A stretch of DNA of 64,000 nt from the NCBI GenBank assembly GCA_965215535.1, contig OZ244063.1, forward strand, positions 2,440,649-2,504,648, in the 5' to 3' direction. Shown one piece after another: positions 52,527-61,684 of this stretch; the stretch's first letter is position 1; every line of letters begins with the position of its first letter. The translations under genes were made by a program, and so were the position numbers. The notes under the pieces are model-generated. The model was given only the letters and a program-made list of their open reading frames with translations. It did no database searches and was not told the DNA's origin. This DNA is from Longimicrobiales bacterium. Its GTDB lineage: Bacteria > Gemmatimonadota > Gemmatimonadetes > Longimicrobiales > Gaopeijiaceae.

Positions 52527-53663
52527 TCACAGCTCCAGCGTTCCCTGTACCCCCCCGCCGCTCCGGAAGGCCGCCGTGGAGAGGGGGGGCAGGGTGGAGT
52601 CCAGCCCCATCCGCCGAACCGAGGTGCGGAAGAGTGCGCGGATCTGCTGCGCATAGACCCCCTGACCCCGGAAGCGGCGATGAAACCCGGTCTGATTGAG
52701 CTTGCCTCCGCGCACATCGCGAATGCGGGCCAGAATTTTCTCCTTGCGGGCGGGCAGATTCAGCTCCAGCCAGCGCACGAAGTGGTCGTCAACGCCTTCG
52801 GGAAGGCGCAGCAGAAGAAAACCGGCGGAGCGGGCTCCGGCCTCGGCCGCCGCTTCGACAATTGCGGGAATCTCTTCGGCGGTAAGCCCGGGAATGACCG
52901 GTGCCACCAGAACGCCCACCGGAATTCCGGCCCGGGTCAGGGTGCGGATCGCCGCCAGCCGCCGCGCCGGAATCGAGGCGCGCGGCTCCATGATTCTTTG
53001 GAGGTCGTTGCGGAGCGTGGTCACCGAAAGCGTTACCTGGGCGGCCTGCACCGCCGCGAGCTCGCCGAGCAGATCGATGTCGCGGGTGACCAGGTGGTTC
53101 TTGGTGATGATCGTCACCGGATTGCGGAAATCGCGCAGCGCGGCAATGCACCCACGGGTCAGGCCGAGGCGTCGCTCCACCGGCTGGTAGGGGTCGGTCA
53201 CGCCCGATATGCCCACGACCTGCGGGCGCCACGAGCGCCGGGCCAGAGCTTCGCGCAGCAGCGCCGGGGCGCGTTCCTTTACAAGAATCTTCCGCTCGAA
53301 GTCCAGGCCGGAGGAGAGGCCCAGATACTCGTGCGTGGGGCGGGCGTAGCAATAGATGCACCCGTGCTCGCATCCGCGGTAGGGATTGACCGAGAGGTTG
53401 AAGGGCACATCGGGGCTGTTGTTGCGCGCCAGCACCGTGCGCGTGCGGTCGGCAAGGAAGCGGGTCTCCGGCGCTCCCCCTTCCATCGTGGCGGGGTCCG
53501 GCTCAAGATGAATCGATTCAAAGCGGTTCGGCGGATCGTACGCGGTTCCTCGGCCCTTCAGCCGACGCGTCGGCCCCGGAGAATCCGCAGGAGCGCACCT
53601 GTCGTCAGCGTGGCCCTGGCGCGCGGAGGCGGTGCCGAATTGCTTGAGGTGGACATCGGACAT
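52527..53663 (-). CDS. PA0069-family radical SAM protein
   Basis: NPYRGCEHGCIYCYARPTHEYLG contains the CxxxCxxC motif, and the N-terminal signature GRGTAYDPPNRF is typical of this family. Confidence 0.8.
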   Translation of the reverse strand: MSDVHLKQFGTASARQGHADDRCAPADSPGPTRRLKGRGTAYDPPNRFESIHLEPDPATMEGGAPETRFLADRTRTVLARNNSPDVPFNLSVNPYRGCEHGCIYCYARPTHEYLGLSSGLDFERKILVKERAPALLREALARRSWRPQVVGISGVTDPYQPVERRLGLTRGCIAALRDFRNPVTIITKNHLVTRDIDLLGELAAVQAAQVTLSVTTLRNDLQRIMEPRASIPARRLAAIRTLTRAGIPVGVLVAPVIPGLTAEEIPAIVEAAAEAGARSAGFLLLRLPEGVDDHFVRWLELNLPARKEKILARIRDVRGGKLNQTGFHRRFRGQGVYAQQIRALFRTSVRRMGLDSTLPPLSTAAFRSGGGVQGTLEL

Positions 53664-53713
53664 GCATTCATATTCGGTTTTTATTCGGAAAAAGTCAAGG
53701 AAGGCACAGCAGC

Positions 53714-54139
53714 GTGACCATCGAACAGCTCGAAAAACGGCTCAACGCCCTCTCCGACCGGACACTCCGCTACGACTACATCATCCAGTTGGGCAGACGC
53801 CTGCCCGCCATGGATCCGGCTCTTCGCACAGAGGAAAATCAGGTGCCCGGCTGCATGAGTCCGGCCTGGCTGGCTGGCACCGTCGAGGGCGATCCGCCAC
53901 GGCTCTGCTTTGTGGGGGATTCGGAATCGATGATCGTGAAGGGACTCTTCGCGATTCTGGCCGAGGTGTACAACGGCAGGGCTCCCGAAGACGCCCTCGT
54001 CATCGATCTCTCCGATATCTTCGAGAGATTGCGCCTGGGCGAGGCGCTCAGCCCCAATCGCCGCAACGGCTTCTACTCCATGGTGAAGAAGATTCGCCGC
54101 GTGGCGCTCTCGCTGGCCCCGGGGGAACCGGCCTCCTGA
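53714..54139 (+). CDS. sufE: SufE-family sulfur acceptor
   Basis: The family N-terminus DRTLRYDYIIQLGRRLP and the active-site motif VPGCMSPAWL are present. Confidence 0.85.
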   Translation: MTIEQLEKRLNALSDRTLRYDYIIQLGRRLPAMDPALRTEENQVPGCMSPAWLAGTVEGDPPRLCFVGDSESMIVKGLFAILAEVYNGRAPEDALVIDLSDIFERLRLGEALSPNRRNGFYSMVKKIRRVALSLAPGEPAS

Positions 54140-54255
54140 CCCGGGGGCACACCGGGGCAGGAACGGGCAACAACGCAGGCGACCCGACCCGGGTGCAGGC
54201 GGCGGGTGCCGCCATGGCGTTGTCCGGGATGGTCGGCGGCTGGCTGCGAAGCCTG

Positions 54256-54696
54256 CTAGATCGCCTCGATCTCGTAGCCGACTCGCCAGTTGGAGAGATT
54301 CTCGGGGTCGCCGCCGCTCTCGTCGCCCGGCTGCACGACGCCGATATGGTCGGCGATCGGGCCGGTGAAGGTGCGCTTGTAGCGCTCGAGGTGGTCGTTC
54401 TTCGTGAACTGGTCCAGCTCCTCGCCGCGCAGCTCGACCGTCAGATGATCGGTGACCTCGCCCTCGAAGAGAACCTTGTCAAGATCCCTGAGCCGATTCC
54501 AGCGCGGATGATCCGAGATCGGGTAGTGTCCCTCGCGCGGAAGACGGGTCTCCTGGGTGTGGCCGCCGTTGTTGTCCGTCGAGACCCGCGCCCAGAAGAC
54601 GAACTCTCCCTTTTTCTTGAAGAAGGGGTCCAGATCATCGAGGATCTGCACCCAACGCAACGTGACCCTGATCCGGGTTCCGGCCTGTCCGCTCAT
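54256..54696 (-). CDS. Hypothetical protein with no motif I recognise
   Basis: The ORF has coding-like composition and starts at MSGQAGTRIRVTLRWVQILDDLD. It lies on the same strand downstream of plsC-like. No family assignment is possible by eye. Confidence 0.4.
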   Translation of the reverse strand: MSGQAGTRIRVTLRWVQILDDLDPFFKKKGEFVFWARVSTDNNGGHTQETRLPREGHYPISDHPRWNRLRDLDKVLFEGEVTDHLTVELRGEELDQFTKNDHLERYKRTFTGPIADHIGVVQPGDESGGDPENLSNWRVGYEIEAI

Positions 54697-54877
54697 CTGG
54701 TGATGCTCCGTGGTGACTGCGGGCCCCGCGCCGGGGAGCCGCAAGTGTGAAGTTGCAAGGTTTCAGGTCAAGTCGTACGCCAAAGGGGCAAGCTATGTTG
54801 CAGGGTGTTGGTTGTCCAGTGGCTGCCCGGAGCCGTGGAGCGCGCCGGGCGCACCGCATATGCCGCCCGGTCCACCT

Positions 54878-55762
54878 TCACGGGTTGCCGGAGCGGGAGA
54901 CCGGGCGAAACCCCCGCATCATGGCCTCGCGCAGCGCGCCCGCCAGCGCCTTGCGGTTGTCGGCGACGATCGGCGCATCTCCGAAGCGCACTCGGCAGAC
55001 AATCCGCCTCAGCGCCATGACCCCGACCAGATGGGGAAGGAAGCCTCTGTCGCCCCACCAGCAAACCCGGTCGCGCGCCGAAGGTTCCCCCGGCGGGGTC
55101 GTGTAGGAGAGCGTTGCCCAGTACACCGGGTGCAGCGAGCGGGCGGCATCGGCCAGAAGGGGCGAGCGAAAGGGAAGAATGGTATCGCCGGCGGTGCTGG
55201 TCGCTTCGGGAAAGAGAACCACGGTGTCGCGCCGGTCCAGAGCGCGGGTCATCGCCAGGCGCACCCGCAGAATGTCGCGCCGAAGTCCCCGATCAACGAA
55301 GATCGTGTCACCTGCGGCCGAGAGCATTCCCCAGACCGGCCACCCCCTGACCTCGGCCTTGGCCACGAAGACCGCCGGCACGATCGCATTCAACACCGGA
55401 ATGTCCAGGTAGGAGAGGTGATTGGAGACGACCAGTGCGCCTGCGGGAGGCGGCGTTCCCTCGTAGCGGATCCGGATCCGGAGGATGGCGGCCATTCCGC
55501 GGCCCCATATCCGTGCAATGGGTCGTCGGAGCGGAGCCCGCCACCGATCGGATGGACCGGGCAGCAGGACGGCGATTGTGCATGTCAGGAGCACCGGGAG
55601 CGCAATGAAGAGCGTCCAGATTCCGATGAGGGCCGTGCGCAGCGCCACCCTTGGCCACCGCAGCGCCCCGATGTGTAGAGGCGGCAGGGTTTCGGCGCCG
55701 GTGCGTGCGTCTGGTGCCACTGCGGCCTGGCGGTTTGGCGCCCCGGGGGGGCTGGAGGTCAT
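54878..55762 (-). CDS. 1-acyl-sn-glycerol-3-phosphate acyltransferase family (PlsC-like)
   Basis: The NHLSYLD (HX4D) and FPEATST motifs are present, with an N-terminal TM segment. The start is set at the ATG at 55762. Confidence 0.75.
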   Translation of the reverse strand: MTSSPPGAPNRQAAVAPDARTGAETLPPLHIGALRWPRVALRTALIGIWTLFIALPVLLTCTIAVLLPGPSDRWRAPLRRPIARIWGRGMAAILRIRIRYEGTPPPAGALVVSNHLSYLDIPVLNAIVPAVFVAKAEVRGWPVWGMLSAAGDTIFVDRGLRRDILRVRLAMTRALDRRDTVVLFPEATSTAGDTILPFRSPLLADAARSLHPVYWATLSYTTPPGEPSARDRVCWWGDRGFLPHLVGVMALRRIVCRVRFGDAPIVADNRKALAGALREAMMRGFRPVSRSGNP

Positions 55763-56067
55763 GCGGCGGCTCCATTTGGTGGGTGACGGATCTGGGGTCG
55801 CGGTGCGGTGTCGCCCGGAGGCCCGACGCTCCTCCGGGCGAGGCGAATTTTGCGAATTTCGGGTCCGAATTCCGAAGGGTGCAGTGGGAAGGGTACAGTG
55901 GACGGGTGGGGGCGCGCAGCGCGGGGGCCGCAATCCAGCAGCGATTCCCCGTCTCCCGGAGCATCTGAAACCCGGCCGGGAGAATGGGCGTAAGGTTGCC
56001 GACTGTCGCCGGGTGGGCCGTACGTCCCTCCTGCCCGATCGTCCACAATGCCAGGGAGCACGCCACG

Positions 56068-56961
56068 ATGTCCGATCCATACGCCGAAGCCACCCGTCAC
56101 GAACGCAAAAGAATGCCCACCTTCGCCAAGGCCATCCTGGTGGTGGGGGGGCTGGTGGCCGTTGCCTTTGTCACCATCGCGACGATCGCGACGCTCCTGG
56201 TGAAGCGACAGTTCGAGGATATGGCGATGGAGCTGGAGAACGGTCCCGCTTTTGCCCTGGCCTCCGATGCCACCATCGCCGAGGCGGTCTCCGATGCCGC
56301 CCGCTCGATCTTCGGCGAAGATGTGCGGATCAACGAGAGCGATCTGGCGTTCTTTGATCCGAGCGCGGCGGGTCAGGAAATCCATATCGACATGAGCGGT
56401 CTCGAAGAGGGACTGGCCGGGCTGGAGTCCGGGTTGGAGGCGCTTGTCGCAGAGAGCCTGGAGAAGGGAATCAGGATTGAGGGATCGTTCCGCGAGGGGG
56501 CCGACAGTTGGCTGCAGATCGATTGCCGCGACTGTCCGGGACGTCTGGAGCTGCACGCCGACGAAGAGGGCGGCTCGCTCAGGATTCGGGGGCCCGGAGG
56601 CAGCACCCGCGTGGATCTGGGCAATGAAGCGGCCCGCCTTCCCCGGTGGGTTCCGACCTATCCCGGAGCCAGGTTGCAGAAGCGCCTCTTCTCGGGCGAG
56701 AGAGATGGATACCGCTTCGGCGGGGTTCTGCACACGAGCGGCGCACAGGCAGAAGAGGTTTACGACTGGTTCGAAGAGAATCTGCGCAGCGACCTCGACG
56801 GCATCTCCAACTGGAATGGCGTATGGAAGAACCACGACAATCGGGGCCTGATCCAGGTGCAGAGCCGGAGCCGTTCGGGCACCCGCGAGCTGACTGTCAT
56901 CACCTGGGCGAACGACGAGGGGCAAAGCTCGATTGTCACCATGCACAAGATGGAGCGCTGA
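56068..56961 (+). CDS. Hypothetical membrane-anchored protein
   Basis: The ATG at 56068 follows AGGGAG. There is a single TM segment (AILVVGGLVAVAFVTIATIATLLV) and a soluble C-terminal region with no recognised motif. Confidence 0.5.
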   Translation: MSDPYAEATRHERKRMPTFAKAILVVGGLVAVAFVTIATIATLLVKRQFEDMAMELENGPAFALASDATIAEAVSDAARSIFGEDVRINESDLAFFDPSAAGQEIHIDMSGLEEGLAGLESGLEALVAESLEKGIRIEGSFREGADSWLQIDCRDCPGRLELHADEEGGSLRIRGPGGSTRVDLGNEAARLPRWVPTYPGARLQKRLFSGERDGYRFGGVLHTSGAQAEEVYDWFEENLRSDLDGISNWNGVWKNHDNRGLIQVQSRSRSGTRELTVITWANDEGQSSIVTMHKMER

Positions 56962-57345
56962 GCCGGGAAGCCGCGTAGTAAGGGGGTTAGCGGATTTCTT
57001 GCACGCGCCCGGCGGTGACTGCGCCGAGGGGCGTGAGGCCGATCATGGAAGCTTGACGCATGGTCATGCATCGCATACCATGACTGTGCCTGTTTGAGGC
57101 TTGCATATTCGTTCGGTCGCGCTCCTGCTCCCGGCGATGATGTCCGTCGCCCACCCACGGCAACGAGCGCAACTGCACGCACTGGGATGAGTCATCCAGT
57201 GTCGGAAAAGCGCCTAGGATACCTTCTTCGGTGCCGTCGGAAATGGAAGAAGTGACCTGTTGTGCGATATCCCTCGCGGAATCAGCATGGCTTGCCTGCG
57301 CCGTTCCAGCTTCTCAATCAATCTCTTCCTGCGAACAGGTTCAGG

Positions 57346-58537
57346 ATGAAATGCCGGAACCGGTCCCCGATTTTGCGGGTGTGGAGCGGTCCGGTCCTGA
57401 TCGCGTGCACACTCTGGGGGCTGGTGGCGTGCCAACGGGAAGTCGCGGATTCTCCCGCAGCGGAGGCCTCAGGGGTGGGTCTTCCTGTTGCCGAAAGCGA
57501 CGACGGTTTCGGACGATCCGCCGACTCCGAGGGTGAATCGGACCACTCGGATCTGCCTGCAGGCGCCCGGCTTCATCCCGGAATCCTCTCTGTTGCCGAT
57601 GCCGCGCCGTTGGGCGACACCTGGTTCATTCTGGATCAACTGGGGTACAGAGTGTACAGGGTCGGGCCGGATGGCGAGCTGATGGGCGAATTCGGAAGGC
57701 AGGGCGAGGGTCCGGGCGAGCTGATTTTTCCCGAAGCGCTGGCGGTGCATGGCGATACCATTGTCGTGGCCGATCAGGGCGTGTTGCGCCTCTACAATCC
57801 TGAAGGAGATCACATCGCCGATCGCAATCTGGACGTTCGCGGTTGTGCGACATCGATCCCGACGGTGCTGGACATTGCCTCGGCGAAGACCGGAATTCTG
57901 GCGCTGCTCCACTGCACGGGAGGGAATGTCGAGTCGCTTGTGTGGCTGATGGCAGAAGATGGACGTTCACGGATTGTGATGCGCAGCCACCCGGAATCAC
58001 AGGGCGAGGTTGTCTTCGATTTCAATTCGGTTCCGGTTCTGGCCTCCCACCCGCAAGGCTTTATCTTCGGCAATGCGCGCGACGAATGCCTGGGGGTTCA
58101 TACCCTCGATGGCCTCCTGCTGGAATCCGTATGTCATGAATGGATTGACCGGCCGGCGTTGCCGGTCGCAGCCGCCCGGAAATATGCAGAGGCGGCCGAA
58201 GACGCCAGACAGCTTGCGCAGAGTCGGGGGCTTGCGGGTCGTTGTCCTGGATCTTGAGGGCGTCTGGCCCTTCCGACGCATCTTTGTCACAACGTCCGGT
58301 TCATTGGCGTATGTCTCGCCGGTGATCGGGGCAGATGGCGCAGAGTCCGCTCGCCTTGTAACCCCGACCGCCATTGCCATGGAAGATTGTGCAGATATGC
58401 CGGACGCATCGGATTTTTTTGTTTCGGAGAGAGAAATTCTGGCCGTCCGTGACGAACCCGACGGAACGCGCATCGCCAACTGTCGCTGGTATCCTGTAGG
58501 CCACTCCGGCGACAGCGGGAAAGACATGAGCCGGTGA
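57346..58537 (+). pseudogene. Beta-propeller lipoprotein, paralog 4, with an apparent +1 frameshift near the G5 run at 58226-58230
   Basis: Frame A (57346-58257, lipobox LVAC, motif FGRQGEGPGEL) stops prematurely. Frame B continues with ...LRVVVLDLEGVWPFRRIFVTTSGSLAYVS... to 58537. The frame-B stop overlaps the ABC ATPase GTG (GTGA). Confidence 0.55.
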
Positions 58538-59265
58538 TCGCCAACCTCCATGTCAGGGAGGTTGTGGCGTCATACCCGACAGTGTTGGGCCGCAGGGTTG
58601 CCGTACACAATGCATCGTTTGATGTTCGTCATGGCGAAGTGGCGGCAATTGTGGGGCCCAATGGAGCGGGCAAATCGACGTTGCTTTCGGTGGTCACGGG
58701 ATTTCACAGGCCCGATCGGGGCATTTGCCTGATCGGCGGAATCGATCCCGTTCGTTGGCGCCGCAGCCGGGGCATTGCCTGTTTGCCCCAGATTGCAACC
58801 TTGCCCGAGGGATGGTCGGTGCGACACTTCCTGGGGCGGGCAGCCGATCTGTCCTGTCCGCCTGCAGAACGCGCCGAAGCCTTGCAGAGGGCGATCGAGC
58901 GCGCAGCTCTGGAAGCTGAAACGCTACAGGCCATCGGGAGCGCATGCTCTCCCGGCACACGGCGTCGCATTGTCTTTGCAGCCGCCCTGATGGGCGATCC
59001 CGCCTTCATTGTTGCCGACGAACCCTTTGCCGGGCTGGATCCGGCGGCGCGTGTCCGGCTGCGTCATCAGTTGCGCGCTGCGGTGGACGGGGGCGCCACG
59101 CTGCTGATCGCCAGTCACGACCTGCGGGCAGTTGCCGAGTTGGCGAACCGGGTATGGATCATGGCCAGGGGCCAGTTGCGTCCGGCCAGAGGTGCGGAGC
59201 GTGGCAACGGAGTGCGTGCTTCCGATCTGGAAGAGGAGTTGCTTGCCGAAAGACTGTCCTCATGA
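58534..59265 (+). CDS. ABC transporter ATP-binding protein
   Basis: Walker A is GPNGAGKST, Walker B is FIVADEP and the H-loop is IASHD. The signature motif is degenerate (CSPGTRRR). Confidence 0.85.
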   Translation: MIANLHVREVVASYPTVLGRRVAVHNASFDVRHGEVAAIVGPNGAGKSTLLSVVTGFHRPDRGICLIGGIDPVRWRRSRGIACLPQIATLPEGWSVRHFLGRAADLSCPPAERAEALQRAIERAALEAETLQAIGSACSPGTRRRIVFAAALMGDPAFIVADEPFAGLDPAARVRLRHQLRAAVDGGATLLIASHDLRAVAELANRVWIMARGQLRPARGAERGNGVRASDLEEELLAERLSS

Positions 59266-60020
59266 GCGAATCCGAACGGATGGTTCGTCTCTGGACGCGG
59301 GTCTGGCTGGTGGTTCGGATGCGCGCCCGATCGCTGACGCTTGCCTTTCTGGTCGTAGCCATGTTTCTGGTCGTCATGCTGATCGACGGCAGGGGGGAGG
59401 CGCTTGTGGAGATCTTCGAAACGGGGGTCCGCCTCTTCACGATTACCCTTCCGCTCCTGGTGTCCGATGTCTGCCGCGATCTGCGCCGGGGCACGCGCGA
59501 ACTGTGGCTCCAGAAGCCGATTTCCCCCATTGCCTTTTTTCTGGCGCGCTTCGGAGAACATCTATTGGCGGTTACCCTGGCGGTGATCGTTCCAATTGTC
59601 TGTCTGGGGTTGATTGAAGCTGTCGGAAACCCGGAGTTCTCCGGTGCCGAGCTTCTGGGCGGAGTGATATCGGCTGGATTATGGTCGTTGCTGATCGTCT
59701 CGCTGGGATTTGGCATCTCGGCATGGCTGCCCGGGCGGGAGCGCCTGGCCACACTGCTCGTTCTGGTCCTTTCCTTTGCCGTCCAGATTCGGGTTGTTCT
59801 TGATATTGGGAGATCGACAATCCCCCTTGTGCAACCGGAGATTCGCCCCAGCCAATGGCTTCTATTGCCGATCTGGGCCGTGCCCGATGTGGCCGGCTTT
59901 CGCCAGGGCGCGCTCGGCAATCTGCTGTGGGTATTGGGATATTGTGCGATCTGGATTTTGATCGCGGTGGGTGGAGTTCACCGTGCGACCCGCAGTCCGG
60001 TCACTGCGCGTTCGGCATGA
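59262..60020 (+). CDS. ABC-2-like integral membrane (permease) protein
   Basis: The protein is 252 aa with about 6 hydrophobic segments. Its ATG overlaps the ATPase stop (ATGA, 59262-59265). Confidence 0.6.
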   Translation: MSESERMVRLWTRVWLVVRMRARSLTLAFLVVAMFLVVMLIDGRGEALVEIFETGVRLFTITLPLLVSDVCRDLRRGTRELWLQKPISPIAFFLARFGEHLLAVTLAVIVPIVCLGLIEAVGNPEFSGAELLGGVISAGLWSLLIVSLGFGISAWLPGRERLATLLVLVLSFAVQIRVVLDIGRSTIPLVQPEIRPSQWLLLPIWAVPDVAGFRQGALGNLLWVLGYCAIWILIAVGGVHRATRSPVTARSA

Positions 60021-60120
60021 ACCCGGGGCGTGTCAGGGTGAATCGGAGGCTTTCCGGTCGGGCGCCATATGCACAATGCATCGTCATCGGGCAACTCCAC
60101 AATCCCCCGAGGGTTCGTAC

Positions 60121-61611
60121 TCAACCCTTGGCCCGTTTCCGCTCCGCAACGAAGAGCGCATCCACCTCCTGGCCGTCGTAGGGTGCCGTGCGGAGCGCCA
60201 CAATCCAGTATGCCAGAAAGGAAAGCGCGACTGCGGGGAAGACCTGGTGGACGCCGGCGCTGAAGGGCAGCCACCGCCAGGCGAGCAGCACGATCAGGCC
60301 CGTGGCAAAGGACGCCACCGCCGCCGCTCCATTCCCTCGGCGCCAGTAGAGGCCCAGAATCAATGCGGGTCCGAAGCAGGCGCCGTAGATTGCGCCCGAC
60401 AGAGCGGTCAATCCCACAATTCCGTCGGGGGGATTGAGGGAAATGATTGCGGTAATCAGGGCGAAGATCGCTACGTAGACGCGGGTGGCGGTCAGCATCG
60501 AGCGCTCCGACTGCGGCCCGCCCAGCATTCCCACAATGTCGCGCTGCGTGGTCGAAGCCATGACAAGGAGCACGCTGTCGAGCGAAGACATTGCCGCGGC
60601 CACCATCGCAAGCAGCAGAAAGGCGCTGGCCCAGAAGGGAAAGACCCCTTCGGCTGCGAGAAGCTGCGGAACCACCAGATCGGTGTCGGTCAGACCGCCG
60701 CCCACGACATTGCGCGCATACAGTCCCACGGGAATCAGCAGGGTGTAGACCACAACGAATGCCAGCGTCGAGACCCAGACCCCGCGCCGGATTGCGGCCC
60801 GGTTTTCGAGGGCGTAAAAGCGCGAAAGCTGGCGCGGCTCGACGGCAAACTTTACCGTTCCGGCAAAGATCACTCCGAGCGCGAAGGGAACCGAAACGCC
60901 ACCGCCCCAGCGCAGCAACGGTTCGGTCAGCGGATCGGCGGCCAACTCCCGGTACGATCCCAATCCCCCGGCCGCCAGCACCGTTCCCCCGAAGAGCAGC
61001 ATGGCCGCGACCGCCATCACAAGACCCTGCACGGCATCGGTCTTGACAACCGAGATGAATCCCCCGACAACCGTATAGATCATCACAATAAAGAAGACCA
61101 CAATAATTGCGGTCCGGTAGGGAATCTCCAGAAATACCTCAAGGAGGTTGCCGATTCCCTTGAAGACCGCCGTCATATAGAAGAATGACGCGAAGAGGAC
61201 GATGAGCGCGGCCAGAACGCGCGCCGCCGGACTGCCGAAGCGGAAGCCGATGAAGTCCGGAATCGTGAGCGAGCCCAGCGATTCGGTAAAGCTCCGCAGC
61301 CGCGGCGCGACTCCCACCCAGGCGAAGAGCGACAATCCCACCACAAAGGGAACCAGCAGAAACCAGGTGATTCCCCATTCGTAGGCCTGCCCCGAAAATC
61401 CCACAAAGGAGTTGGTGCTGGAATAGGTGGCAAAGAACGAAAGCCCGATCGCCACCGGCCCCATGGCCCGTCCGCCGACGAAATAATCGGTGACGCCACG
61501 GGTTTTGCGATTGCCCGACCATGCGTGCCAGGCCAGGAGCAGGGTGTAGAGAAGCAGAAGAAGGTGAACGAACCAGTAGCTGCGCAGGTTGTCCAGAATG
61601 GCCTGAATCAA
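60121..61611 (-). CDS. Sodium:solute symporter (SSS) family transporter
   Basis: The SSS N-terminus is DYFVGGRAMGPVAIGLSFFATYSSTNSFVG. There are about 13 TM segments. Confidence 0.85.
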   Translation of the reverse strand: MIQAILDNLRSYWFVHLLLLLYTLLLAWHAWSGNRKTRGVTDYFVGGRAMGPVAIGLSFFATYSSTNSFVGFSGQAYEWGITWFLLVPFVVGLSLFAWVGVAPRLRSFTESLGSLTIPDFIGFRFGSPAARVLAALIVLFASFFYMTAVFKGIGNLLEVFLEIPYRTAIIVVFFIVMIYTVVGGFISVVKTDAVQGLVMAVAAMLLFGGTVLAAGGLGSYRELAADPLTEPLLRWGGGVSVPFALGVIFAGTVKFAVEPRQLSRFYALENRAAIRRGVWVSTLAFVVVYTLLIPVGLYARNVVGGGLTDTDLVVPQLLAAEGVFPFWASAFLLLAMVAAAMSSLDSVLLVMASTTQRDIVGMLGGPQSERSMLTATRVYVAIFALITAIISLNPPDGIVGLTALSGAIYGACFGPALILGLYWRRGNGAAAVASFATGLIVLLAWRWLPFSAGVHQVFPAVALSFLAYWIVALRTAPYDGQEVDALFVAERKRAKG

Positions 61612-61684
61612 GGGGACTTGCCTGGGTGGAGGTTGAGGGAATGGAGGGTGGATGGGTTGCGAGGCGACAATTTCTGCCTGTGCA

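Noticed and set aside
57231-57536. A Cys-containing 101-aa ORF (MEEVTCCAISL…) considered as a possible precursor peptide for the propeller/ABC operon.
   Set aside because: It overlaps the signal-peptide region of paralog 4 out of frame and ends in an Arg-rich tail typical of off-frame translation.
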